A DNA stretch of 64,000 nucleotides from an uncultured Verrucomicrobiae bacterium (lineage in GTDB: Bacteria; Verrucomicrobiota; Verrucomicrobiia; Chthoniobacterales; JAFAMB01), in contig CAWIPH010000002.1 in the NCBI GenBank assembly GCA_963837955.1, forward strand, positions 4,000,001 to 4,064,000, read 5' to 3'. The notes below the pieces were generated by a model. That model searched no databases, was not told the origin of the DNA, and saw only the letters and a list, made by a program, of their open reading frames with translations. The position numbers were made by a program, and so were the translations under genes. Of the stretch, positions 19,344-29,813 are shown in pieces (position 1 is the stretch's first letter; each line of letters opens with the position of its first letter).

Positions 19344-22300
19344 ATTTCACGGATTGGACCTTTCGTCATTCTCGCTTCCTGCTATCGCTGCTCGCGGTAT
19401 TTGCCATAGCAGGGGCGACTTGTGGCCTTTGGTTGCCAGTCGCTCTCTTTCCTCAAGTAAGCTTCCCTCGCATTCGCATCAATTTAGATGCGGGTGACCG
19501 GCCGGCCGAACGGATGGCGATCGAAGTAACTACGCCAGTCGAAAATTCGGTCCGTTCGATTCCTGGTGTCCGAACACTTCGATCCACCACGAGTCGAGGA
19601 AGCGCAGAGATTTCGATAAATTTTGATTGGGGCGAAGATATGATCGCCGCCCTGCTCCAAGTGGAATCGCAGGTGAACAAGGTGTTACCGACGCTCCCTC
19701 CTGGAACAACCTTCAACGTGATCCGAATGGATCCCACCGTATTTCCGGTGATTGCCTACAGTATCACTTCCGATACACATTCTTTAGCCGAACTCAGGGA
19801 CCTGGCCCAATACTCGCTGCGACCCGCTTTGGCGACAGTAACTGGTGTGGCGCAGGTCGGTGTGCAAGGTGGAAAGGTAGAGGAATACGAGGTCGTCGTA
19901 AACCTGCCGAAGCTGCAATCCTCTGGTTTGAGTTTCAATGATGTGGCTAATGCACTGACCGCCGCCAATGTGCTTGTGGCCACCGGTCGAGTTGAACAAT
20001 ACGGCAAGCTTTACCTCGTCATATCGGATACGCGCTTTCAGACCTTTGCCGACATCAGCAAGACGATTCTTAAGTCCGGCCCGGACGGAACGGTTTTGTT
20101 GACCGATGTAGCCACAATCCAACCGTCAAGCGAGCCGCAATGGATCCGGGTCACTGCGGATGGCCACGATGCCGTCCTCTTCCAGGTCTACCAGCAACCT
20201 GGTGGCAACACCGTTCAGATCGCGCAAGGAATCAAGGCAAAGTTACAAAGCTTGCAAAAGCAGATCCCGGAAGGAGTGCGGATTGCTAGCTGGTACGATC
20301 AAAGCGATTTGATCCTTGGTTCAACCAATAGCGCGCGAGATTGCGTCCTCATCGGGGTCGTTCTGGCAGCCTGCGTTCTGTTTTTCTTTCTGCGAAACTG
20401 GAAGATAACTCTCTTCGCCGCGATCGCGGTGCCGTCCGTTCTGTGTGCCACGATACTTCTTTTGTACGTCTTCAAAATGAGTTTCAACATCATGACGCTA
20501 GGCGGCCTGGCTGCAGCGGTTGGACTCATCATCGACGACACCATCGTCATGGCGGAGCACATTGTGCGACGAGTGCGTGAGCAACGAAGCGGCGCTCCCC
20601 AAAAAGCGGTGCTAATGGCGGCAGCGGAATTTACTCGGCCACTGGCCGGTTCGTCGGCAGCCACCATTATCATATTCGCGCCTCTCGCGTTCCTCTCCGG
20701 TGTCACCGGAGCCTTTTTTCAGGCGCTATCACTTACCATGGCGGCAAGTTTGGTCATCTCGTTCTTGGTCGCTTGGATAGCGCTGCCGATTATTTCGACT
20801 CGTCTATTCGCCGGGCGTGACGCACATCTCGACGACAGTGGCAAGATAACTCAAGCCATTCATCGAGGGTATGCGCATTTGATGCAGCCACTGTTACGAA
20901 TACCTGTCCTAATCATTCTTGCCCTGGTGCTGTTCCTCCTCGCTGGATATTTTGCGTTCTCCAGCGTGCAGTCTGGGTTCATGCCAGTGATGGATGAAGG
21001 AGGGTTTATTATTGACTACCGCGCACCACCAGGGACATCCCTGACCGAGACAGATCGCCTCATGCGCCAGGTCGAGACGATCGTTCAGAAGATTCCCGAG
21101 GTTCGGACCTATTCCCGACGCACCGGGCTTGGCTTGGGAGGTGATCTGAATGAAGCCAATCAGGGCGACTTTTTTGTGCGGCTAAAATCTGGCCCCCGAC
21201 GAGGCATTGAGGAGATTATGGATGACCTGCGCACGCAGGTGGCCCACAACGTACCAGGAGTTCAGCTTGAGACCGCCCAATTGATGGAAGACCTAATTGG
21301 CGATCTCACGAGCGTACCCCAGCCGGTAGAAATCAAATTGTTCTCCGATGACGAGACGGTTTTGCAGAAATTAGCGCCCAAAGTCGCCGAAGCGATCAGC
21401 GCTGTGCCGGGAATTGTTGAAGTAAAGAATGGAATCACGCCGGCCGGTGATGCTCTCGAGATTCGCGTCGATCGCGTCAAAGCAGCTTTGGAGGGTGTTG
21501 ATGCCGATTCCATAACCAAGACACTGGACGGTTATCTTTCCGGCGCCGTGACAACGAAAATACTGCATGGTCCGAAGCTGGTATCGGTCCGCCTCTGGAC
21601 GCCGAAGGACGGTCGAGCAACCGATCGAGACTTAGCTAATTTGCTCTTGCCGGCTCCAGACGGTCATCTTTTTCCGCTCAAACGGGTGGCCACATTCGAA
21701 ACGGTTTCCGGTCAACCGCAGATCACTCGAGAAGATTCGCGCAGAATGATAGCAGTCACCGCGCGAATCAGTGGGCGTGATCTTGGCTCGACCGTGCATG
21801 ATGTGCAGCGCGTGCTTGATAAGGCGGGCTTGTTGCCGGCCAACCTGCCTTACACTCTCGGAGGTTTATACGAACAACAACAGATCGCTTTCCAGGGACT
21901 AACGGTCGTCCTGGTTGCCGCGATTGTTCTGGTCCTTTTGTTGCTTCTGTTTCTCTATGAGAGCTATAGCGTGGCCATCTCGATGTTGATCACAACATTG
22001 CTGGCAGTCGCTGGCGTTTACATCGGTCTCTGGGCAACAGGCACCGAGATCAATATTACCTCGCGAATGGGCATGACGATGATCGTAGGGATCGTTACTG
22101 AGGTCGCCATCTTTTACTATTCGGAGTTTCAGGAGATTGGAGAGCAGGAGAACCGGTTTATTGTCGCAGGCATCAACCGGATGCGTCCGATCGCAATGAC
22201 TACATTTGCGGCAATTCTTGCTTTGCTTCCTTTGGCTTTAGGTATCGGCGAAGGATCTGCCATGCTGAAACCACTAGCGATCGCGATAATTTCAGGTCTC

Positions 22301-22420
22301 GTGTTCCAGCTTCCTTTAGTGCTTATCGTGCTCCCGTGTCTTCTCGCGCTCTTCCGGCGTAATCCGAAAGGAAAAGGATGGAAAGCTCGCCCCGAACCGG
22401 TTCCGGTGACGGCTGGCTAG
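19340..22420 (+). CDS. RND efflux permease (AcrB/CusA superfamily)
   Basis: 1026 aa; LPVALFP, NIMTLGGLAAAVGLIIDDTIV, FMP.MDEG, RMRPIAMT. Confidence 0.95.
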   Translation: MNFTDWTFRHSRFLLSLLAVFAIAGATCGLWLPVALFPQVSFPRIRINLDAGDRPAERMAIEVTTPVENSVRSIPGVRTLRSTTSRGSAEISINFDWGEDMIAALLQVESQVNKVLPTLPPGTTFNVIRMDPTVFPVIAYSITSDTHSLAELRDLAQYSLRPALATVTGVAQVGVQGGKVEEYEVVVNLPKLQSSGLSFNDVANALTAANVLVATGRVEQYGKLYLVISDTRFQTFADISKTILKSGPDGTVLLTDVATIQPSSEPQWIRVTADGHDAVLFQVYQQPGGNTVQIAQGIKAKLQSLQKQIPEGVRIASWYDQSDLILGSTNSARDCVLIGVVLAACVLFFFLRNWKITLFAAIAVPSVLCATILLLYVFKMSFNIMTLGGLAAAVGLIIDDTIVMAEHIVRRVREQRSGAPQKAVLMAAAEFTRPLAGSSAATIIIFAPLAFLSGVTGAFFQALSLTMAASLVISFLVAWIALPIISTRLFAGRDAHLDDSGKITQAIHRGYAHLMQPLLRIPVLIILALVLFLLAGYFAFSSVQSGFMPVMDEGGFIIDYRAPPGTSLTETDRLMRQVETIVQKIPEVRTYSRRTGLGLGGDLNEANQGDFFVRLKSGPRRGIEEIMDDLRTQVAHNVPGVQLETAQLMEDLIGDLTSVPQPVEIKLFSDDETVLQKLAPKVAEAISAVPGIVEVKNGITPAGDALEIRVDRVKAALEGVDADSITKTLDGYLSGAVTTKILHGPKLVSVRLWTPKDGRATDRDLANLLLPAPDGHLFPLKRVATFETVSGQPQITREDSRRMIAVTARISGRDLGSTVHDVQRVLDKAGLLPANLPYTLGGLYEQQQIAFQGLTVVLVAAIVLVLLLLLFLYESYSVAISMLITTLLAVAGVYIGLWATGTEINITSRMGMTMIVGIVTEVAIFYYSEFQEIGEQENRFIVAGINRMRPIAMTTFAAILALLPLALGIGEGSAMLKPLAIAIISGLVFQLPLVLIVLPCLLALFRRNPKGKGWKARPEPVPVTAG

Positions 22421-22485
22421 CGAATAATTGCAAACAGACGGTGGTCTACCAGAAATTAGAGACAAAAGATCAATCGGCGATCTAT

Positions 22486-23160
22486 ATGAGAATCTTAGTT
22501 GTTGAGGACGAAAAGAAGATCGCACTCTTTGTCCAAAAAGGCCTAAAGGAATGCGGCTTCGTGGTGGATGTTTTGCATCGAGGTGACGAGGCTTTGGATG
22601 TCATTCTTGCTCACCATTTTGAAGCGATCGTTCTCGATATTATGCTTCCCGGTCAAGACGGCCTTCGCATACTCCGAACGCTTCGCGAAAACTCGAACTT
22701 CGTTCCGGTCCTGTTGCTGACAGCTAGGGGAGATGTCGCCGAGAAGGTCGAAGGCCTCGATCTGGGGGCTGACGATTACCTGGCGAAGCCGTTTTCTATC
22801 GCGGAGCTCGCAGCTCGTCTTCGCGCGCTCGCGCGTCGAGGATCAGGAGAACAGTTTGCTCGTTATCGAGTAAGTAATCTGGTGCTCGACCCGGCCACCA
22901 GGACCATCCGGCGCGGAGAACGACGTATCGAACTAACCAGCAGAGAGTTTTCCCTCCTTGAGTGCCTGATGCGATCACCAAATCGCGTTTTCACCCGTAC
23001 TCAACTTTCGCAGCAGGTGTGGGAATACGAATTTTGTCCGGACAGCAACCTGGTTGATGTCTACGTGCAAAGGCTTCGACGGAAGATTGACGATGGCGAG
23101 TCCCAAAAACTGATCCAGACAGTCCGCGGAGCTGGCTATCGAATCGGAGAAGGTGTGTGA
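22486..23160 (+). CDS. OmpR-family response regulator (CusR/CzcR-like)
   Basis: MRILVVEDE, LDIMLPG.DG, GADDYLAKPF, VDVYV.RLRRKID, TVRGAGY. Confidence 0.93.
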   Translation: MRILVVEDEKKIALFVQKGLKECGFVVDVLHRGDEALDVILAHHFEAIVLDIMLPGQDGLRILRTLRENSNFVPVLLLTARGDVAEKVEGLDLGADDYLAKPFSIAELAARLRALARRGSGEQFARYRVSNLVLDPATRTIRRGERRIELTSREFSLLECLMRSPNRVFTRTQLSQQVWEYEFCPDSNLVDVYVQRLRRKIDDGESQKLIQTVRGAGYRIGEGV

Positions 23161-24317
23161 AGGACTGGCCCTTAAGAAGTCGGTTGGCATTGTGGACCGC
23201 TGTATTGCTGACCGTCGAACTCGCTATCTTTGGGATCGCATCGGGTTGGTTAATTTTGCAAAACCAAATTGACGCCTTTCGCGAACTTGATGGACAACCG
23301 CTCAAGGCGACCTCGGTTGAAGAAGAGACTCAAGAGCTGCTAGTCAAGCTGGTTGTGGCAGACCTGACCGCACTGCCATTGACGGTACTCGTGGCTGCTT
23401 TCGGCGTTTGGTGGACGACCGGCAAGGCGCTGAAACCATTGCAAGATATAGCCGACGGCGCCGAGGGAATTCACGCAAAAGCTTTACGCAATCGAATACC
23501 GAATCCGCCGGCGCACGACGAGATCGGACGATTGGTGTCCGTTCTGAATGAAACATTTGACCGCTTGGAACGCAGTTTCGCTCAAGCTACACGGTTTTCG
23601 AGCGATGCCTCGCACGAGCTCAAAACGCCGTTGACAATCATGCGCGGTGAGATCGAATCCGCTTTGTCTAGCTATTCGACTGATCCGCAAATCGAGAAAC
23701 TGCTCGAGAGTCTCCTGCAACAGACTCATCGCCTATCGGCGATTGTCGAAAATTTGCTTTTGCTCTCGCGGGCTGACGCCGGCGCCCTCAATCTTCGGAA
23801 AAAAACCGTCGATTTTTCAGAACTCTGCGAGGAGCTGGCTGCAGACGCCGAGATCCTGGCTCTGCAGCGCAACATAGACATCTACTCCCGAGTCGCGAAC
23901 GAGGTTCAAGTGCTGGCCGATGAATGGTATCTGCGAAGGCTCCTGCTCAATCTTTTGGACAACGCCATCAAGTACAACCTCTATTCGGGAAAGATCGAAA
24001 TCTCATTGGCGAAGTCCGGAGATCTCGCTTTGTTCCGAATCGCAAACACTGGTCCGGAAATTTCGGAAGAACATCAAACCCGGATTTTTGAACGATTTTA
24101 TCGTACCGAAACCAGCCGGGCCTCAGATGTCGTCGGTTCCGGTTTGGGCCTGAGTATTTGTCGAGAAATCGTTCTCGCTCATCAAGGTCGAATCTGGATG
24201 GAACGATCCAGGCCTGGCTGGACAGCGTTTGTCGTAAACCTTCCGCTCGCCATTCCGGAACATGAGTTAGCTCGTACTCCTCATGACCGAAGCGGTGAGA
24301 ATGATCTGCCGAAGTAA
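23157..24317 (+). CDS. Sensor histidine kinase (2 TM, HAMP, HisKA, HATPase)
   Basis: DASHELKTPL, NLLDNAIKY, IFERFYR, GSGLGLSI. Confidence 0.93.
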   Translation: MKDWPLRSRLALWTAVLLTVELAIFGIASGWLILQNQIDAFRELDGQPLKATSVEEETQELLVKLVVADLTALPLTVLVAAFGVWWTTGKALKPLQDIADGAEGIHAKALRNRIPNPPAHDEIGRLVSVLNETFDRLERSFAQATRFSSDASHELKTPLTIMRGEIESALSSYSTDPQIEKLLESLLQQTHRLSAIVENLLLLSRADAGALNLRKKTVDFSELCEELAADAEILALQRNIDIYSRVANEVQVLADEWYLRRLLLNLLDNAIKYNLYSGKIEISLAKSGDLALFRIANTGPEISEEHQTRIFERFYRTETSRASDVVGSGLGLSICREIVLAHQGRIWMERSRPGWTAFVVNLPLAIPEHELARTPHDRSGENDLPK

Positions 24318-24344
24318 GTAAAATGTTTTGAAATAGAAGGAAGA

Positions 24345-24374
24345 AAAAGGGAGCAAAGGCGGAAGCTCCCTTTT
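24345..24374. terminator. Intrinsic, probably bidirectional, terminator
   Basis: AAAAGGGAGC-N10-GCTCCCTTTT immediately after the kinase stop codon. Confidence 0.6.
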
Positions 24375-24404
24375 GTCAGTGGTCGTCTGTCGTTTGCTCT
24401 GCTG

Positions 24405-24420
24405 GGGTACGCATTCTGCT
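24405..24420 (+). promoter_or_regulatory. Possible sigma54 (-24/-12) promoter of the APC permease
   Basis: GGGTACGCATTCTGCT has GG-N10-GC spacing and ends 14 nt upstream of the ATG. Confidence 0.35.
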
Positions 24421-24434
24421 GATCCAACGCTCGA

Positions 24435-25901
24435 ATGAGCTTACCTGGATCTCAGACATCGCTCCGGCCCAACTATCTCTCCCGACTCGAGAATGTTGCC
24501 CAATCGCTCGGTGTGATGGCGCCGACCGGAACACTCGGTGTCATCATTCCTCTCCTTGTCGGCAAAGCCGGGAATGGGACCTGGCTTGTTCTGCTTATCA
24601 TCATGGTTGCGTATGGTTTGATCCTCCTTTGTATCAACCAATTCGCTGGCCGGTGTGTCTCTGCCGGCTCCCTTGCTACCTACGCGAGACTTGGACTAGG
24701 TAGATGGGGTGGAGTTATCACCGGTTGGGCCTATGTCATCGCGATGACCTTCGGGCTCGCCAGCTCTGCTCCTTCGGCTGGGTACTATCTTGACGTTGTC
24801 TTTCGGCAGGCTTTTGGAGGAGGTCCAGACCAAATCCGAGCCGTTGTGCTCACCTCGTTGGTGGTTCTAGCGTCTTGGTGGACCGCCCATCGCGATATCA
24901 AACTCTCGACCAAACTCATGTTGGGTATCGAATGGACTTCCATTTGCATCATGGTGCTTATCGTGGGAATCGCGATGTTTCGATCAAATCGGTGGATCGA
25001 TCGTTCGCAGCTTCATTTGACCGGAATCACGCCGAGCGGTCTTCAGCTTGGGCTGGTCTTCGGCTTTATGGCTTTCGCCGGCGCTGAGAGCGTTACTGCT
25101 CTAGGGGAAGAATCCAAAAACGCGAAAAGGATAGTACCAAAGGTAATCATAGGTTGTCTGATTCCTGTAGGAATTCTGCATATCGTTATGAGTTACTGCA
25201 TGGTGGCCTATGCTCACGGGCATTCACTCTCTCTCGATCAGCTCGACGCGCCGTTCGACACCATTGCTAACTCATTGAATATCCCGATCTTGGGCGGCCT
25301 TAGCTCGATCGGCATTGCCATGAGCTATTTCGCCTGTTCGCTGGGGTCCCTCAATGCGGCTGCCCGAGTTCTTTTCTCGATGTCCAAACAGCAGTTCTTC
25401 TTAAAATCATTCGGAACGGTCCATCCTATCAATTTCACGCCGGCCCGAACGATCGCCGCTGTTTCCGTGATTGGCCTAGTTTCGCCCGCTCTTTTGTTGA
25501 CCTTCAACTATACGCTTACAGATTGTATCAACTATCTGACCCAACTGGCTTCGTTTGGCTGTATTGCTGCCTACTTTGCCGTTTGCCTCGCAACACCATT
25601 CTACCTCTTTACCAAGAAAATACTTCGGCCCTCTATTCTAACGATTGCCGTGATCTCGTTGTTGGTGTTGGGATTCATTCTCGTCTTTAGTGTAATCCCT
25701 GTGCCTCCGCCGCCGTGGTCGTTTTTGCCTTATATTTTCTTGGTGATGGTAGCTATGGGCGTAGTTCTCTCCGTGTTTTGCGGACGCAAGATGGGAACGG
25801 ACGGCGGCCAGGAAGACGTGTATGCGGTATCCGCCCCGGCAGACGACGTCACGCTGGTAGGGCGAAACACGTCGTTGAGCGACAGCGAGACGAACGTGTG
25901 A
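24435..25901 (+). CDS. APC family amino acid/amine permease
   Basis: About 12 TM helices; AQSLGVMAPT, FAGAES..ALGEESKN, AARVLFSMS. Confidence 0.88.
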   Translation: MSLPGSQTSLRPNYLSRLENVAQSLGVMAPTGTLGVIIPLLVGKAGNGTWLVLLIIMVAYGLILLCINQFAGRCVSAGSLATYARLGLGRWGGVITGWAYVIAMTFGLASSAPSAGYYLDVVFRQAFGGGPDQIRAVVLTSLVVLASWWTAHRDIKLSTKLMLGIEWTSICIMVLIVGIAMFRSNRWIDRSQLHLTGITPSGLQLGLVFGFMAFAGAESVTALGEESKNAKRIVPKVIIGCLIPVGILHIVMSYCMVAYAHGHSLSLDQLDAPFDTIANSLNIPILGGLSSIGIAMSYFACSLGSLNAAARVLFSMSKQQFFLKSFGTVHPINFTPARTIAAVSVIGLVSPALLLTFNYTLTDCINYLTQLASFGCIAAYFAVCLATPFYLFTKKILRPSILTIAVISLLVLGFILVFSVIPVPPPPWSFLPYIFLVMVAMGVVLSVFCGRKMGTDGGQEDVYAVSAPADDVTLVGRNTSLSDSETNV

Positions 25902-25996
25902 GCCAACGAACTGCGCCGCGCAAGGCTCACAGTCCGGCGCTTAATCGAATCGTTTCGCCTTGCAATGCTTGCCGGACTGTTTCGCCCTGCCTGCGC

Positions 25997-27001
25997 TTAC
26001 TGCTGCACCAACGCCATCATGTCCGGCGTATAGCGTTCGCCGGCGACGGCAAATTCTCGAAAGCGGGCGTTGGTCTCCTTCAGATCATCTTTGGTGAGCT
26101 GCACTGCTAATGCACCCATGTTATCCTCCAAATAGCGCAGTCTCTTTGTACCGGGAATCGGCATCATATCGTTCCCCTGAGCCAACACCCAAGCCAAAGC
26201 AAACTGCGCGGGTGTACAACCCTTCTTCGCCGACAATTCCTTTACTGCGTCAGCCAATTTGATGTTGTTCTGCAACGCCTCCTCGGCGAAACGCGGATTG
26301 GTCCGCCGCCAGTCGGTCGGATCAAGATCCGATACTTTTTGGATTGCCCCGGTCAAAAACCCGCGACCTAACGGACTGTACGGCACGAAACCAATCCCAA
26401 GTTCCCGGCACGTCGCGAGTACGCCGTTTGTTTCCACTTCGCGGGACCAAAGTGAATATTCGCTTTGCAACGCCGCGATCGGATGCACTTTGGCTGCACG
26501 ACGTAAGGTTTCCGGGTTAGCTTCTGACAACCCGAGCGCCCGTACCTTACCCGCTGCCACCAGTTCCGCCATTGCCCCAACGGTTTCTTCGATCGGTACA
26601 TTAGGATCAACGCGATGCTGATAAAAGAGATCTATTACATCGATGCCGAGCCGGTGTAGACTCGCATCGCACGCGCGCCGGACGTTGGCGGGCGAACTAT
26701 CAGCCGTGCGGGTCTGATTCTCATCGAATTTGAATCCGAACTTCGTCGCGACCACCAGGCTGCCGCGCGGAACGTCGCGGAGAAAACGTCCAAGTAATTC
26801 TTCATTCTTGTACGGACCGTAGACTTCGGCGGTATCGAGGAAGTTGCCACCGAGTTCAAGATATCGATGAAGAACCCGCAGAGATTCGGCTTCATCGGCA
26901 GGTCCATAGGCGAAGGACATTCCCATACAACCCAGTCCAAGCGGTGAAACGGTGATACCAGAATTGCCGAGGGAACGGAAAGGAATAGATTTGTTTGTCA
27001 T
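25997..27001 (-). CDS. Aldo/keto reductase
   Basis: [42 protein letters not shown]. Confidence 0.95.
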   Translation of the reverse strand: MTNKSIPFRSLGNSGITVSPLGLGCMGMSFAYGPADEAESLRVLHRYLELGGNFLDTAEVYGPYKNEELLGRFLRDVPRGSLVVATKFGFKFDENQTRTADSSPANVRRACDASLHRLGIDVIDLFYQHRVDPNVPIEETVGAMAELVAAGKVRALGLSEANPETLRRAAKVHPIAALQSEYSLWSREVETNGVLATCRELGIGFVPYSPLGRGFLTGAIQKVSDLDPTDWRRTNPRFAEEALQNNIKLADAVKELSAKKGCTPAQFALAWVLAQGNDMMPIPGTKRLRYLEDNMGALAVQLTKDDLKETNARFREFAVAGERYTPDMMALVQQ

Positions 27002-27161
27002 AGCTTAATGTCAGCGTTTAAAGAACTTTACGTGTTTTGGTTTTGATTTCTGAGGTAAGAGAAAATGTGGTCTAAATCGGATGAAAGTAAGGATTCATTA
27101 TTCGAAAAGCCGGCCGTCTTCTGATTAGTAGCCGATGCGGCTTGGATCGACCTGGTACTCC

Positions 27162-27314
27162 TTACCGCTCTTTGTTTCTCTCAGCGAATTTGCGATGATT
27201 GATAATTCCGAGCGTCGTCCCGCACGGCTCCCCCCAATCGGCTCCGAAGGTGATTGTGCCGAGAGCAACTTCTGAGACTCTCAACCCACTGTTTCCGAGC
27301 AAGCGGTAGTTCAT
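27162..27314 (-). pseudogene. Truncated N-terminal fragment of a second aldo/keto reductase
   Basis: Own translation: MNYRLLGNSGLRVSEVALGTITFGADWG, then unrelated sequence and a stop after 50 codons. Confidence 0.7.
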
Positions 27315-27565
27315 TGGATTTTAGCGATTGAAAAGCGAAACATACGCAGCATATAGACTCGGGAGCTCCACCCGTTCGCCCCGCCCCCCTGCTCTCGCAG
27401 CCGGGTTGAATCCCCAGACAACGGAAAAGATCAAGGTCGCCACATTGAACAAGAAGTCTCTCTCACCTTTCGATTCTGAGATTGTTCTCATGAATCGAAT
27501 GTACTAAGGAATGAAAGAACCATCTCTCGGGCTCTTGCTCACCCTGTCGGACTTTTGCGCAAAAA

Positions 27566-27821
27566 CGCTCATTCTCGCCTGAAGCTCGAATGAATAGCCG
27601 ATAGCAGATAGCCAATAGCCAATAGAGTGATGCGCGGGGACGGCGTCGCTTCCGACTTCGTCAACCAGTTCGCAAAGGTTCTGCTAAGACCTAGGCTCCG
27701 TCGAATAGGTGCGACGCCCGGAAGCAACCCAACGCGTTCCGAGGGGTCGAGCCAAAGATCCGATCGGCTATTGGCTATCTGCTATCTGCTATTTCATTCG
27801 AGCTTCAGGCGAGAATGAGCG
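27566..27821. mobile_element. MITE-like element with about 55-bp terminal inverted repeats containing 7-mer repeats
   Basis: 27566-27620 matches the reverse complement of 27766-27821 with one mismatch and one indel. No coding capacity; no target-site duplication seen. Confidence 0.7.
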
Positions 27822-28712
27822 GTATGCGCTTGGAGGAATACCCACTTCTCGGCGGAAGATTTGCCCGAAATGGCTCGGGCTAGTGTAGCCCACATCGAGC
27901 CCTATCTCGATTACGCTTTTGTTTGTCTCTCTGAGCAGACGCCGAGCCTTCTCCATTCTTAAGTGAATGAAATACTGGGAAGGGGTCAGCCCGGTCGTCC
28001 TTTTGAAGAGGCGACTAAAATGGAACTCGCTCATCTCTGCTTCTCTGGCCAAACGGATCAAACTAAACCCCTCCTCCAGATGAGCTGCCATTAGTTCGGT
28101 GGTCTTGCGCAGCTTAAACCCTGGTAGTCCTCCCTTGTATTCCCGGACATCCTTCGTTAGCTCCGTGTAATTTCGCGCCAGGTGAACGGCCAGGGCTTGG
28201 GCGACTCCTTCCACAAACAACGGGCTGGCCGGACGACCGGATGCGACTTCTCCTCGCAGCCCTTCCAAGAGCGCAGCCAGAAATGTATCTTTGAAACCGG
28301 AGACATCCCGCAGATGGATCGTTTCCAGATTTTTCTCAAATACCTCTTCGATCGCCCGAGTGAAGACCGGCAATCCTAAATAAAGATGCATGGTCGCAAA
28401 AGGTTCAGGTCCGATTGATCTCCAACGTAGCTCATAAGGAGACTGGGAAGCGGTGAGGAAAAAATCTCCTGTTTCGACGCGAGTCTTGAGCCAAGGGCCG
28501 CCCAGTTCCCGTTCTTCGACCACCGCCGTTCCAGAGAGGACCCGCACAATGAATGGCTCGGCAACGCCCGGAACGATCTTACTCTCCCGCACTGGGTACT
28601 CAGAATAGATCCGGACTAACAGGTCTTTCCACCCATTGCTGGCGGCAATCAGTCTACCAGAGGTATGCCGATCGAAAGCTTCAGCCGACGTGCTTTCGGG
28701 AAGGGCCGTCAT
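27789..28712 (-). CDS. AraC family transcriptional regulator
   Basis: GGLP..KL, SEFHFSRLFK..TG.TP.QY, IGLDVGY.SPSHF. Confidence 0.93.
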   Translation of the reverse strand: MTALPESTSAEAFDRHTSGRLIAASNGWKDLLVRIYSEYPVRESKIVPGVAEPFIVRVLSGTAVVEERELGGPWLKTRVETGDFFLTASQSPYELRWRSIGPEPFATMHLYLGLPVFTRAIEEVFEKNLETIHLRDVSGFKDTFLAALLEGLRGEVASGRPASPLFVEGVAQALAVHLARNYTELTKDVREYKGGLPGFKLRKTTELMAAHLEEGFSLIRLAREAEMSEFHFSRLFKRTTGLTPSQYFIHLRMEKARRLLRETNKSVIEIGLDVGYTSPSHFGQIFRREVGIPPSAYRSFSPEARMK

Positions 28713-28787
28713 AACTTAATCGGTAACCCGACCTCTCCCCAGATTCAAATCATCGCCTTACCAAGCGTGCAACCTCACTTCGCCGTT

Positions 28788-29813
28788 CTATGAAGAAAAT
28801 GGCCGACCTAGTCCTAGCTCGCGCAGCGCTTGTCGAAAAGCGATCGAAAAACGGTCGGCCTGAATATGTACCTCTTCCGCGAGTTCAAGTGGTAACTCCT
28901 CTGGGCGCTGATCCTCGACCATCGGCTGATCCTCATCCAAGACGGTTTGCTGAAAATCCACGTACTCCTGGACGGGAAGTTCTTTGTCGTGGTTACGTAG
29001 GATGAAGAAATAGATTCGGGATTTCCGCGCACTAATCGGACCCGGAATGTCATAGAGGATCGCGTCTCTCCCTGCCGGATGACGAATCCAGAGTCGAGAA
29101 CTGAAAAGGAGCGTTAGCTCATATTCATATTTCATTTTCGTCACGGCCGGTTTTTTGATGGCTAACGACTCTCGGTCAAGCTGCGGATAGGAAATGGTAA
29201 AGGACAGCGCCGCACCGTTCCGCTTCACGTCGTAGGGTTCTATCCTTGGCTCATCGGGGTTACCAAATGTATCGACGTGAACAAAGGACAAATGCGCGAC
29301 ATCGTTAAAGTTTTCCACGTGCCGAGTGGCTGCGGCATTCCAGATAGCTGGAGGCATTGGAATAATCTGCCAGGCGGCATCGTTGAATTCTGGCCATTCA
29401 GGCAAGGAAGGGGAGCTCTCGGCCGAAGAATCAAGCTGCGTCCAAATCAGCCCGTACCGCTCAACCGCTGGGTAAGTTTTCAGGTTCAGTCTGGTCGAAA
29501 TGGAGACCTTCGGATCCTGAGCCGGAATCAAAGTGCAAGCGCCTTTCCAGTTGTAACGGAATCCATGGTAAGGACAGATAATCTCGTCTGCTTGCAGTGT
29601 TCCTCGACTCAACCGCGCTCCCCGATGCAAACAAATGTCTCGAGCGACGGTTACTCCGTGCTCCGTTCGAAACACAACGAGATCGTGATCGAGTAAACGA
29701 CAAGCAAAAGGGCGTTCGTCCACTTCATGACTGTAGGCGACCGGATGCCAATGCCGGGCCAGCACCTGCCAATCTGGGGCACCAAAACTCTCGATTTGGG
29801 CAGGCCAGGGCAT
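28788..29813 (-). CDS. Rieske non-heme iron oxygenase alpha subunit (VanA/NdmA-like demethylase family)
   Basis: Rieske CLH...CPYH; mononuclear Fe site ENFNDVAHLSFVH and DED. Confidence 0.9.
   Translation of the reverse strand: MPWPAQIESFGAPDWQVLARHWHPVAYSHEVDERPFACRLLDHDLVVFRTEHGVTVARDICLHRGARLSRGTLQADEIICPYHGFRYNWKGACTLIPAQDPKVSISTRLNLKTYPAVERYGLIWTQLDSSAESSPSLPEWPEFNDAAWQIIPMPPAIWNAAATRHVENFNDVAHLSFVHVDTFGNPDEPRIEPYDVKRNGAALSFTISYPQLDRESLAIKKPAVTKMKYEYELTLLFSSRLWIRHPAGRDAILYDIPGPISARKSRIYFFILRNHDKELPVQEYVDFQQTVLDEDQPMVEDQRPEELPLELAEEVHIQADRFSIAFRQALRELGLGRPFSS

Noticed and set aside
25929..25980. 10-bp inverted repeat ACAGTCCGGC/GCCGGACTGT between convergent genes
   Set aside because: Large loop, no U tract and no second copy; probably an ordinary 3' stem.
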